A DNA stretch of 64,000 nucleotides. Origin: Candidatus Aminicenantes bacterium. GTDB lineage: Bacteria; Acidobacteriota; Aminicenantia; Aminicenantales; UBA4085. The DNA lies in NCBI GenBank assembly GCA_963783665.1, contig CAWANZ010000002.1, positions 680,984 to 744,983 on the forward strand, in the 5' to 3' direction. Each line of letters starts with the position of its first letter. Position 1 is the first letter of the stretch. The notes under the pieces were generated by a model that was given only the letters and a program-made list of their open reading frames with translations, was not told where the DNA came from and made no database searches. Below, piece by piece: positions 41,033-52,734 of the stretch. A program made the translations under genes and the position numbers.

Positions 41033-42273
41033 ATGCGGCAGCAAAACATTCCAGGAAAAAAGTTTCTGATTCTCGGTTTTCTCGCGCTCGCGGCCCTTCC
41101 TCTCCAGGCCCAATTCATCCCCGGCCAATACGAGGATGAAGCTCCCTTCCGAACGTGGAATTCCTTCCCCTACCTGGGTGCGGCTTCTCTCGGCCGGGGC
41201 CAGACGGCCTTCGCCTGGGGTGGGGATGCGACGGTATCTCCGGCTAATCCGGCGCTTCTGCGTCGCCCTTCCGAAATGGACGTTCTCCTTGGGCGGATCC
41301 CTTCAGAACGCCACGGCGATGAGATACGGTCCTCTCAATTCCGGCCCCATCAGCTCGGATGAGCCGCTCGGCCACACCTTGTTTTCCGGGGACCACGCCG
41401 CCGTTTCCTTCCATTCGGGACGTTGGGCCTTCGCCGCCGCCGTCTTTCTGTCGGAAGCTTTCGACCGGCCCGTTGCCGAAGTCGTCGAACGGTATTCGAA
41501 CGGCGATTATGTCTTCCGCTACACGCAATCCGGATTTCTTCGAACCTATCACCTGGCCGCGGCCTTTCGCCTTTCCTCCCGATTGGCCGTCGGCTTTGGC
41601 TTGAACATCGACTCCGGCCGGCTGGAAACCGAGCTCTTCGAAGATATCCTCGGTTGGTATCAGATCACCGGAACGAAAACGGCCGAGCTTTCCGGCGTCT
41701 TCGTCAACGGCGGCCTCTTCTGGGACATCTCCCCATCGGTCCGGGCCGCCTTGACCTTCCGAACCCCGTCCACGCTCGAATCCCGAACCGAAACCGTCGA
41801 CCGGTTCACCTTTCCTGAGGCCGGCACCGACATTTCCATTAACGGCTCCTCCGACGATTCCTTCAAACGGCCGCTTGTCGTCGGAGCCGGCGTATCGGCC
41901 CAAATCGGCCGCCGCCTCCGGGCTCTGGCGGACATCGCCTATCATCGCTGGTCGGCTTACCGGGCGGTTTGGCTCGGTGAAGGGCAAGCCCGGAATTTCC
42001 GGGACACGATCCGCCTCACGGCCGGCGGCGAATACGCCGCCGATTTCCGGATGTTTGGGAAAAACGGAAAAGCGCCGGTCCGGTTGGGCCTCGTCTACGA
42101 TCCCCAACCGACCCAGGATCCCCGCTCAACATACTTCGGTTTCACCTTCGGCACCGGAATCGAGATCGGAGGATTCCGGCTCAACCTGGGGGCCTTGATC
42201 TCGGCCGAATCGGGTTCGGGCGACAAGCTTGCTCGGGCGGCGGATATCCCTGGACCTCGGCTATATTTTTTAG
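41033..42273 (+). CDS. OmpP1/FadL-like outer-membrane transport protein (frameshifts)
   Basis: Signal peptide, GAASLGRG...ANPALL hatch motif, barrel strands, terminal LGYIF in an alternate frame. Confidence 0.7.
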
Positions 42274-42292
42274 CAGGTTAAGGAAATTATCC

Positions 42293-43589
42293 ATGAAAAA
42301 ATATGGTTTTGCTTTCGCGGCGATCGGACTGGCCGGGCTGAGCCTGGCTTTTCAAGCGACCGGAAAAACGGAAATCGTCAGCCTGCCGAAAACGGCGGCC
42401 GATTCTCGAAACGGCTGCCCGGCTGGGGCTGGATCTTCTGGCCGAGCGGGACGGCCGCGTCTTCATCGTCGCCCCGCCGGCCGACCTTCGAGAAGATCGA
42501 GAGAAACGGGCTGTCTTATCGAAAGGAAACCGAACGCTTCGCTCCGGCCGACCCGGCGGCCGATTCCCCGCTTCTGGCCTCTCCGATCGGAGCGTTCCAT
42601 ACCCACCAGGAGCTGGAGGATGATCTGGTTGCCTTGGAAGCCGCAATTCCCGGACTGGCCAGGTCGTCACGATCGGAACAAGCCTGGAAAACCGGGCGAT
42701 CCTGGGCCTGAAAGTCAGCGACAACCCGAATCCGAAGAAGACGAGGCCGGCCGCGCTTTTCCTCGGCTGCCACCACGCCCGGGAATGGATCTCGGTCGAG
42801 GTCCCCTATCCTCCTGGCCAAATATCTTCTGGAAAATTACGCATCCGATCCCGGAGGTCAGGCGGCTGGTCGACTCGGCCGAAATCTGGGTCGTCCCGAT
42901 GGTCAATCCGGACGGCCACGATTACTCCGTCCGGGTGTACCGGTATTGGCGGAAAAACCGTCGGGCCAACGACGACGGATCGTTCGGCGTCGATCCCAAT
43001 CGCAATTACGGCTTCGCCTGGGGACTATGACAACACCGGATCCGCCCCAATCCCGATTTCGGAAGTCTATCGCGGGACATCGGCCTTTTTCCGAGCCCGA
43101 AACCGCGGGCGGTCCGGGACTTCGTCCTCAGCCGGAATTTCGGCTCGATGATCAGCTATCACAGCTTTTCCCAGGTAATCATGTTTCCCTGGGGATACGC
43201 CGATATCCCGACAGCGCAGGAAGCCTCGTTGGCCGAAATCGGCTTGATGATATGGCCGGGCTGATCGCGCCGTCAACGGCAGGAAATATGCCGCGGGCCG
43301 GTCGGCCGGCATGATGTATCTCGTCAACGGCGACACGGCCGACTGGGCGTACGCCCGACAGGGATGGCCGCCCTCTGCCGTCGAGCTTCCCCCCGGCGAA
43401 ACCTACGAAGGGGCATTTTTCAACTCCGAAGAGGAGATCGCCGCGATTTTTTCCGAAAACCTTCCGGCGATGCTCTATCTCGTCGACTGGACGCTGGCCC
43501 ATCCGAATCCCGTTCCGGAATTTCGCTTTTACTTTTCGTCGTCCGAACAGCCCGGCGGCCGCAGCGGATATCCGGGGACGAAGCGATAA
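42293..43589 (+). CDS. M14 zinc carboxypeptidase (multiple frameshifts)
   Basis: GCHHAREW, VPMVNPDG, WRKNRR, GVDPNRNY, PFSEPET, SYHSFS, VELPP across frames. Confidence 0.82.
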
Positions 43590-43592
43590 ACA

Positions 43593-44263
43593 ATGTTCCA
43601 GTCCCTGCCCGAAGCCGCCCGGCACCTCCGGGAAGGGATCCCCTACTGGATCTTCTGGTTTCTTCTCAGCCTGATTCTCCTGCTTCTCCTGTTCATCTTC
43701 CTTCGGGACAAGGACCTCCGCCGGCGGTTGAGCCTGGTTCTGGCGGGCGCCAAGAAGAGGATGCTGGCAGGCGGCTGGAAATCCGCTTGCGGCGGCAAAA
43801 GCGGCGGAAAACCATTCTCTTCCGGGAAATCGGCCGGACGATCTGGGCCGGGAGAATCGGCACGGACCGTTTCGGGTCCTCTTTCGCCTGCTTCGGGCGC
43901 CTGGAAACGCAGATCGCCGCCCGCCATGCCGTTCTCCAGGGGATCAGCGACCAGATCGCCGAGATGTCGGGCCAGATGGAAGGCCTCGGAAAAAACCGGG
44001 AGCGCCGGATCCGGAAGGAAAATCCGGAGAGGAAGAACACCGCCTCAAGCGCCGGATGAAGGAATTCCAACGGAAAGCCAAAGCCGAGCGCGGGCGGATT
44101 CGGTCAGAGGAGTCGGGAGAAAGCCGGGGAATACGAACGCCTGGGCGTCTTGGCCGATGAAAATCGCATCGCCCACCCGGACCTACAGGGCTTCTACATC
44201 CGCGTCGACCAAGCCAACCGGGCCATTCTTGCGGCCATGGACAAGATCGAAAAACTCGCCTGA
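43593..44263 (+). CDS. Hypothetical membrane-anchored coiled-coil protein (frameshifts)
   Basis: N-terminal TM (YWIFWFLLSLILLLLLFIFL) followed by charged helical pieces in shifting frames. Confidence 0.5.
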
Positions 44264-44283
44264 GAAGGGTACAATATCTCCGC

Positions 44284-44854
44284 ATGTCCAAATCCGGCCA
44301 TGCTGGCCCATATCTGCTGCGCGCCCGACGCGTCTTATGTCATTCCCCTGCTTGCGGCCGAGCACGACGTAACCGGATTTTTCTACAACCCGAATATCGA
44401 GCCCTCCGCCGAATACGACCGCCGCTTGGCCGAAACCGCAAAATCGAGCCGCTTCTCGGGATTCGCGTTTGAGGAAGGGCGCGTACGACCATGACCGCTG
44501 GGCGGCGATGATCCGGCTATTCGAACGCGAGCCCGAAAAAGGCCGCCGCTGCGCGATCTGCTACGCGATGCGGTTGGACCGGACGGCTCGGCGGGCCCTC
44601 GAGCTCGGGATTCCCGGCTTTCACCACGATCATGAGCGTCAGCCCTTGGAAAGACGCGGGGATGATGAACCGGATCGGGTCGCGCCTGGGCCAGAAATAT
44701 GGCCTCCGATTCCTCGAAGCCGATTTCAAGAAAAAGGACGGGTTCCGCAAAAGCGTCGAAATCAGCCGCCGTCTCGGGTTTGTACCGCCAGAACTACTGC
44801 GGCTGCCGGTTCAGCCGGCGTCCCGACCGGCCGAGCTCAAGGACAACGGTTTGA
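44284..44854 (+). CDS. queH: Epoxyqueuosine reductase QueH (DUF208), frameshifts
   Basis: HICCAPD, FYNPNI, EPEKGRRCAICYAMRL, SPWK, FKKKDGF, YRQNYCGC. Confidence 0.88.
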
Positions 44855-47159
44855 AGGGTTCCTCCGGCCGGCCGTTCGTCGCTCTGCGACTGGATATCTT
44901 CGGCGTCGTCCAGGGCGTCGGCTTCCGGCCGTTCGTCTTCCGGCTGGCCCGCCGCTTCGGCTTGTCCGGTTGGGTGAAAAACGACGGCCGCGGGGTTCAG
45001 ATCCATATCGAAGGGCTCCCGGCCGGACGATTATGCCCGATTCGCTCGCCGCCCTCCGAAGCCGGAAATGCCGCCGTTGGCCCGGATCGAAGAGATCAGC
45101 CGCCAGTAACGTTCCCGCCCGCGGATTTCCGCGAATTTCAAGGTGCGCGCCATCCGGCCGGGGCGGCGATTTCGTCTTCATCTCCCCCGACATCTCCGTT
45201 TGCCCGGACTGCCGGGACGATATTCGCGACCCCGAACAACCGCCGCTTCGCTTACCCGTTCACGAACTGCACAAACTGCGGCCCGCGATATACCATCGTC
45301 CGCGGCCTCCCCTACGACCGGGCCCGGACACGACCATGGCCGGATTTTCCGTCTCTGCCCGGACTGCCTTCGCGAGTACCGGGATCCGCTCGACCGCCGA
45401 TACCACGCCCAGCCCGTGGCCTGCCCCGTCTGCGGGCCGTCCGTCCTGCTTGCGAAACGCCCGGACGGGGAGGACGATCCCGGGCGGAATCGAAGAGGCG
45501 GCCGAGCTCATCCGTCGGCGGCCGGATCCTCGCGGTCAAGGGGCTTGGCGGATTTCACCTCGTGTGCGATCCGCGGAACGCCGCAGCCGTCGCCCGTCTC
45601 CGGCGGATCAAGAAGCGCGAATTCAAGCCGCTGGCCTTGATGGTCCGGGACCTTCGCCGCCGCCCGACGGATCGCCCGGATATCGGCCGAAGCCGCGGAT
45701 CGTCCTCGAATCGGACCGCCGCCCGATCGTCCTTGTCCCGAAAAAAGCCGACTTTCCCGGGATCGCCCCGGGCCTGGGCGAAGTCGGGATCATGCTTCCC
45801 TACACGCCGCTCCACGTGCTCCTTCTCGACCGGATCGAGGCGATCGTGGCCACAAGCTCCAATCCCAAGGACGCCCCGATCATCAAGGACGAAGCCGAAG
45901 GAGCTGGCGGGGCTGTGCGATTGTATCCTGACCCATAACCGCCCGATCCAGATGCGGGCGGACGATTCGGTGATCAAAATCGCCGGGAAATCCCCCGTCT
46001 TTCCTCCGCCGGGCCCGGGGTTATGTCCCCTATCCCCAGCCGGTCCCGGAAAGATTTGCGCGGAGCGCCGCCCATCGTCGCCCTCGGGCGCGGAGCTGAA
46101 GAACACGATCTCGATTACAAGAACGGCTACATCGTCACCAGCCAGTTTCTGGGGGACCTGGACGATTATCGGAACCGGGCTACTTCGAGGAAACACTCGC
46201 CCATCTGACCCCTTGTTCCGGGTCAAGCCGGCCGCGTGGTTTCGCGACCTGCATCCCGATTTCCATACAACCCGGATCGCGGAACAGATGGGCCTTCCCC
46301 ATTTTCAAGTTCAGCATCATTACGCTCACGTTCTGGCCGTCCTCCTCGAGCAGGAGTCAGCTCCCGGCCCGGATGTTCTTGGGATCATCTGGGACGGATA
46401 CGGATACGGAGCAAGACGGGCAAGGCCTGGGGCGGGGAATTTCTCATGGCCGGATATTCCGGCTTCGAGCGGTTCGCCCGATTCGAACCAAAGCCGCTGC
46501 CCGGCGGGGATCTCGCCGCCAGGGAGCCGTGGCGGATGGCCCTCGCCTACCTTTGGTCGCCCGGAAAGAGCGAAATGGAGATCCCGGCCCTCCCCGCCTT
46601 CGCGCGGGTGGATCTGAAGCGGCGGCGGGCCGTCTTGGAGATGATCCGCCGGGGGATCCGTTCGCCCCTGGCCTCAAGCTGCGGCCGATTGTTTGACGCC
46701 GTCTCGGCCCTGACCGGCCTCGCCCCGCTTCAGAACGAATACGAAGCCGAAGCGGCGATCCGGTTGGAAGCGGCTGCGTGGCCGGCCGGGTCGCGCCTTA
46801 TCCGTTCGCCTGCATCGAAGGAAATCCGAAAACGCTGTCGTTCGACCCGATGATCCGGGCGATCGTCGCCGATGTCAAACGGGGCGTCCCGGCCGGAAAA
46901 ATCTCCGCCCGGTTCCATGAAACGCTGGCGGCTTCGGCCGTGGAGACGGCGCGGAGCGGCCGAAAGGAGCTGGGACATCGGGACGGTGGTCCTGGGCGGC
47001 GGCGTCTTCTGCAACCGCCGTCTTCTTGACCGGACGGAAGAGCTTTTGCCGGCGACCGGATTCAGGTTCTCCGTCCGAAGCAGTATTCCCCCAACGACGA
47101 ATCGATTTCGATCGGCCAGAGCGCCTATCGTTTTGGCCGCATTCAAACGGCGGGGCTGA
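44851..47159 (+). CDS. hypF: Carbamoyltransferase HypF (many frameshifts)
   Basis: [80 protein letters not shown] start overlaps the queH TGA. Confidence 0.9.
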
Positions 47160-47174
47160 GACCCGCTCTCCCCA

Positions 47175-47995
47175 TCAGTCCTTGAGGTTAAAGCCGAATC
47201 CGGTATCCTGGGAGTCGACGCTGTCATTCTTTTCGGGCTTAGGCTCCGGCCATGCGTCGACCGGCTTTTGTCCGATATCCAACTTCAATCCGCCCGTCAT
47301 GGTCAGGATGAAATTGAAGACAACCGCCAAAATAACCGCGACCGCTCCAAAAAAGAGAAATCCAGCCGCGCCCCCGAGCAGGCCGAGAAAAATCGCTCCC
47401 ATGAGCTTGCCCTGTTGTTCGGCCAGGCCGGCCGGAAGGAATCCCAGGCTTTCGGAGAAAGCGCCCGTCGCTCCGGCAAAGGCCCCCAGGAGAACCCCGA
47501 AAAACACGCCCAAGAAGCCGAAGGAAAGAGGGCGGAAAGAGGGCGGAGGCCGCGGAAGAATGAGCGTTGTCGTCCTCGACCGCCTCCTCCAAGATGGATC
47601 GAACCGGGGGCGAGGAATTCCTCCGGCTCCGGCTTGCACCGGGGGCAGGTCTGAAACGGTTTTTCAGCGGCCCCCCGCAAGTCGGGCAAATGCTCGGCTC
47701 TTCGCCCTTGATTCCGCCGCATCGGGCGCAGGCTTCGGCTTCGAGCTTGTTCTCGAAACCGCAAAAGACGCAGATCATCTTCTCTTTCTGACTCGGCGGC
47801 TCGGCCTGAATCCAATCTTTCCCGTCAAAGTAATACCATTTCCCGGTTTGGAGGCCGATGGTCCAGAAACGCCCCTGGTCGTCCTTCAAGCCGGAGCTTC
47901 TTGATCTCTTCGATAAAGCTCTGGCGGGAGATTTCGCCTTTCTGAAGACGCTTTTTCAGCTCATCAAAGGCCGCCTGAACTCTGTCAAAGTTCAT
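47175..47995 (-). CDS. Zinc-ribbon-containing membrane protein (frameshifts)
   Basis: Short helical N-terminus, Trp-rich FWTIG..TGKWYYFDGKDW, CxxC pairs (CVFC, CARC, CPTC, CPRC), C-terminal TM hairpin. Confidence 0.6.
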
Positions 47996-48034
47996 CTCCA
48001 CATTCCCCTCTTTCCCGACGGGTCTGACAGTCTG

Positions 48035-48198
48035 CAAACCTTTGATTTCCATGGGTTTATAAATCTTGCTCATAATAAACAACTTACACCCATATGACGA
48101 AAACTTGTGCAAACCGGCTGTAATTCTTTTTATTTTCGGTCGTTGGGCCTGTCCCGGCCGCGTCTTTTTCACACTTTTTCCACATAAACTGTGAATAA
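48035..48198. promoter_or_regulatory. DnaA-box cluster with IHF site in AT-rich intergenic DNA (candidate oriC or DnaA-titration locus)
   Basis: TTWTNCACA matches at 48165-48173 (+), 48176-48184 (+) and 48190-48198 (-), with a 1-mismatch box at 48106-48114 (-). Exact WATCAANNNNTTR at 48035-48047 (-) and a 1-mismatch copy at 48074-48086 (+). Confidence 0.6.
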
Positions 48199-48212
48199 CT
48201 CCAACGTCTCAT

Positions 48213-49220
48213 TCACGGCCATATCGACCTCACCACGTCGATCATATTATACCCCTGAATGGGAGCGGGAATGAAGGACAGGATGAAAATGACGGCGATC
48301 AAGACGGCAAGGATCGTTCGCTTCCTTCCCAAAGGTTCGTCTTCGTCGAAGACGCGCGGATGATGAAGCCCCATGATCAGAAGAATAAGGAACCAGATCA
48401 TCCAACCGGCCCAGAAAAAGATCCCGGCCAGGGCCAGCAGACCCAGTGATGATTTTTGTCGCCGCCCGGCTCTTTGGACCCGAAAACGGCATAGGCGATA
48501 TGGCCTCCGTCCAGCTGGCCCAAGGGGATCAAAGGTTCAAGGACGTGACCAGCATCCCGACCCATCCGGCGAAGGCGATGGGATGGAGAATCACGTCCAT
48601 TCCCGGTCCCGCGTTCTTTAAAAAAGAGCAGGCCGGCCGAGATGGAGAAGAAGCGGCTCGCCGAAAACAATGGACTCCGCTCGCGGGGAATGGACGGAAC
48701 AGTTTTGGACAAGGCCAGGCCGATCAATGACAGCCGGCACGGCCAGGACGAATCCCGCCAAGGGGCCGGCCGCTCCGATATCGAACAGGCGGCGTTTGCG
48801 GGTGATCGGCGTCCGGATCTTGATGAACGCGCCCAACGTCCCAATCAGGGTTGGGGCGGGAATGAAAAACGGCAGGGTCGCGGATAATCCATATCGCCGG
48901 CAGGCATGAGATAATGTCCCATTTCGTGGGCGAGAAGGATCGCCATCAGGACGACGGCATAAAGGACGCTCAATCCGATCAGCCGCGGGATCCCCGAACA
49001 AGCCGGCGTCGTCGAGCCGAAATCCGGGATCGGAGGCGATTTGACCGGCATAGAGATAATTCAGCCCCCAGGAAGACCCCACAAGGAAGGCCGTCCCCAG
49101 GGTCAGGATGAAAAGGACGACATTGATCCAGGGCCGGTCTTTAGCGAAAAACGATTCCCGCTTTCGGGGAGCGGGCATGGGCGGCGGAAGCGGGTTGGCG
49201 ACCGGATGGGACGGAATCAT
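48213..49220 (-). CDS. Site-2 protease (M50) (frameshifts)
   Basis: HEMGH, LPFFIP...[30 protein letters not shown]. Confidence 0.88.
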
Positions 49221-49234
49221 TCATGGATTTTCGG

Positions 49235-49268
49235 AAAAAAAATAGGAGCGAGAACCTCACTCCTATTT
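49235..49268 (-). terminator. Rho-independent terminator after ferredoxin
   Basis: AATAGGAG...CTCCTATT stem with an A8 run on plus (U-tract on minus). Confidence 0.75.
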
Positions 49269-49293
49269 CGAAAGCGGACGGCCGGTCCGGGGA

Positions 49294-49539
49294 TCAGCCG
49301 TGGAGTTTCTTGTACTTGGCTTCGAGGGCGTCCTTCGTTTCGGCCTTTTCAGGATCGGGGATGCAGGCGCCGGTCGGGCAGACGGCCGCGCACTGGGATT
49401 CGGGGTGGCTGCCGACGCACTCGGTGCACTTCTCGGGATCGATCACGTAGATCGTGTCGCCGGCCGTAATCGCCTGGTTGGGGCACTCGGGCTCGCAGGC
49501 GCCGCAGTTGATGCATTCTTCGGTGATCTTGTAAGCCAT
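49294..49539 (-). CDS. 2x[4Fe-4S] ferredoxin (YfhL-like)
   Basis: CINCGACEPECPN and CTECVG...QCAAVCP. AGGAGG RBS and an upstream TATAAT. Confidence 0.93.
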   Translation of the reverse strand: MAYKITEECINCGACEPECPNQAITAGDTIYVIDPEKCTECVGSHPESQCAAVCPTGACIPDPEKAETKDALEAKYKKLHG

Positions 49540-49597
49540 CGCAACTCCTCCTGATGATGAGATCGAGATATGAATTATAGACCTTTCGGACGATATT

Positions 49598-50265
49598 TCA
49601 AGGCCGCTTTCCGGCCGCTTCGAGCTTCCGGGCCTTGAGCGACGCGTCATAGCCGAAGTAGCTCTGGGCGTAATCCGTTTCGATTTTTTTGTACAGGGCC
49701 AGGGCCTCAGCCATCTGGCCTTTCTTTTCGAGCACTTCAGCTTGTCTGATAGAGAACCGCGTCCAGGAGGTAATCCCGGGGATTCTCGTCGACGATTTTT
49801 TTCAGGATGGCCAGGGCCCCGTCGAGATCGCCCTTCCGGACGGCGATTTGGGCGGCCAGATCCTTCGCCTGGTAGTAATAAAGATCCTTGGGCGACTCTT
49901 TGATCCCGGACAAGGCCGCCTGGGCTTTTTCCAGCTGGCCCTGCTCCACCCAATAGGTGCCCAGGCTGAGTCGAGGCCACCCGGCCATATTTTCCCTTTC
50001 CAACCAAGGCTTCGAGTTTGGCGACGTTCTCCGGAACCTTGGGGAGGTCGGCCCGGAGGGATTGGATTTCTCCGAGCTTCCGGCTTTGGCCTTTCGCCTG
50101 CTGGCCCCGAACGACCTGGAATCCGGCGAACACCACGGCCAAAGCGACGAGCAAAAGCCCGCCCATGACGAACTCCCGGCGCCATTTTTTTACGAATTCA
50201 AAAACGCCCTGGAATCCGTGAACGAATGCGTTTTCCTTGAGCTGATGCCGTTCTTTCCCTTTCAT
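49598..50265 (-). CDS. YfgM-like membrane-anchored TPR protein (frameshifts)
   Basis: MKGKERHQLKEN start, single TM, TPR helices in shifting frames, stop at 49598. Confidence 0.65.
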
Positions 50266-50402
50266 GAGAGGATCCTTTCGTCAGTCGGGACTCGAAAAAG
50301 AAGCCTTTTTTTACCACATCGGGCCGGAAAAGCCAAGCCGCTGCGGACGACGTCCGCGACGGGAACCGCCGCCATGGACGCCTCCGAAGGCCGTATGATA
50401 GC

Positions 50403-52716
50403 ATGAATCCATGTTTTTCCTGCTTCTCTTTCTTTTCGGAACCGCCGCCGCCCCGGCGATGCCGCCGGCCGAGATTGCCGGCCCCCACGACTTGGTCTTC
50501 GCCGATTTCGCCCGGACCTGGGATGAAGCCCTTCCCCTCGGAAACGGGATCATCGGGGCCCTGGTCTGGCAAAACGGCCCTTTTCTCCGGCTGTCGCTGG
50601 ACCGGGCCGACCTCTGGGATCTCCGGCCCATGCCGAATATCGGATCGCCGGAATGGTCGTTTGCCTGGGTTGTCGAGCAATGGGCGGCAGACAGCTATGA
50701 CCTCGTCCAGAAAAAATTCGACGCTCCGTACGAGGAAAACCCCGCCCCGACCAAGATCCCGGCCGGGGCGATCGAGTTCGACCTGGCCGGATTCGGCCCG
50801 ACGAAATCGGTCCGGCTGGATATCATTCGGGCATCCGGACGTGGCGACATGGGCCGACGGCCGGACGCTGGAGACTTTCATTCAAGCCGACGCGCCCATC
50901 GGCTTTTTCCGATTTTCCGATGTTCCCGCCGGATTCAAGCCCGTGCTTCGGATGCCGCCCTACGCCGGTGACCCCGCGGCCGGACCGGCGGATTCCGTCA
51001 GCGGCCAGGACCTTCGCCGTCTCGGCTATCTTCACGGCCGAGTGGAAGAAGGAAACGGCTCGGCCGTCTACCGGCAAAAAGGATGGAACGGATTTTATTA
51101 CGAAATCGCCGTCGTTTGGCGGATGGATCCGGACGGCGGAATGACCGGCGCTTGGTCCGTGACCTCAAAATCCTCGGACGACCGCGGCAGAGCTAGCCGC
51201 CCTCGCCCGGGCCCGAAAGGCCCTGGAGGACGGGCTCGGAGTCGGCCCGCGGACGCCACACGCGGCCTGGTGGAAGAAACTTCTGGTCGCGATCCTCGCT
51301 CCGGATTCCCGACGCCGTCCTCGAAAAACAATGGTACCTCGACACATATAAATTCGGAGCGGCCGCCCGGCGGGGCGCGCCGCCCATCTCGCTTCAGGCC
51401 GTCTGGACGGCCGACAACGGCCGGCTGCCTCCATGGAAAGGCGATTTTCATCACGACCTCAACACCCAGCTCAGTTACTGGCCGTGTTATTCCGGAAACC
51501 GGCTCGAAGAAGGGCTTGGATTCCTGGACTGGCTTTGGGACCAACGCCCGTATTCAAGCGCTATACCCGGGCTTATTTCGGGACGTCGGGACTCAACGTC
51601 CCCGGCGTTTCCACCCTCGCGGGCGAACCGATGGGCGGATGGATTCAATATTCCTTCTCCCCCACGTCGGAGCCTGGCTGGCCCAGCATTTCGACCTTCA
51701 TTGGCGCTTCAGCCGCGACCGGGAATTTCTCCGGGACCGGGCCTATCCCTGGGTTCGGGACGTCGCCGTTCATCTGGAAGAGCTTTCCGTGCGGAGACCG
51801 GACGGAACAACGAAGGCTGCCGCTTGAGCTCAAGTCCGGAAATCTTTGACAACAGCCGCCGGGCCTGGTTCACCGACGTGACCAACTACGACCTCGCGCT
51901 TGATCCTCTGGACTTTCCGAACCGCCGCCGAGATGGCCGCCGAGCTCGGCCGGACGGAGGAGGCCTCCACGCTGGTCGAAGCATGGCCGGCGAATGGCCG
52001 CCGTTTGCCGTCGATCCCGAAGGACGGCTTGATGTTCGCCCCGGGGACGCCCTATCGCCGAATCCCACCGCCATTTCTCCCATGCGATGGCCATCCATCC
52101 CCTCGGCCTGATCGACGCGACCGACGGGGAGCCCGACCGGAACGATCGTCCGCAATACGCTGGCGACTCTGGATCGGATCGGGCCCGACGGCTGGTGCGG
52201 TTATTCCTACGCCTGGCTCGGGAATATGAAAGCCCGGGCCCTGGACGGCGAAGGCGCGGCCCCCGCTCTCAGAACATTCGCCGACGCCTTCTGCCTCCCC
52301 AACAGCTTTCACGCCAACGGCGACCAGACCAAGTCGGGATATTCCAAGTCTCACCTACCGGCCGTTTACCTTGGAAGGGAATTTCGCCTTCGCCGCCGGC
52401 CTGCAGGAGATGCTCCTCCAAAGCCATGACGGAATCGTCCGCGTTTTCCCGGCCGTTCCCGGTCGTCCTGGAAGGAAGCCTCGTTCCACACGCTCCGGGC
52501 CCAGGGCGCGTTTCTCGTCTCGGCCGAAATGAAGAGACGGCCTGGTCCGACTGGATCCGGGTGTCATCGCGAAAAAGGCGGGCGGCTTCGTCTCCGGAAT
52601 CCGTTCGAAGGGATGTTTCATATCGACGGGGCGAAGGGAAGGGCGGTCGACGGATCTGATCGAGATCGACACGGCTCCCGGGCAGGAGATCCTCCTCGAA
52701 TTCGAAGAGGAATAAT
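50403..52716 (+). CDS. GH95-like (alpha-L-fucosidase-type) glycoside hydrolase, many frameshifts
   Basis: WDEALPLGNG, SLDRADLWD, LQAVW..D...PPWKGDFHHDLNTQLSYW, SSPE, HFSHAMAIHP, EGNFAFAAGLQEMLLQS. Confidence 0.8.
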
Positions 52717-52734
52717 CCCGGCGATATTCTTTCT

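Noticed and set aside
44632-46617. QueH-HypF fusion ORF
   Set aside because: The QueH YCGC tail lies in another frame and stops at 44854, and hypF has an RBS and TTG at 44851.
49294-50265. 323-aa TPR-ferredoxin fusion ORF
   Set aside because: The ferredoxin has its own TATAAT, AGGAGG RBS and ATG (49539). The TPR gene shifts frame and ends at 49598.
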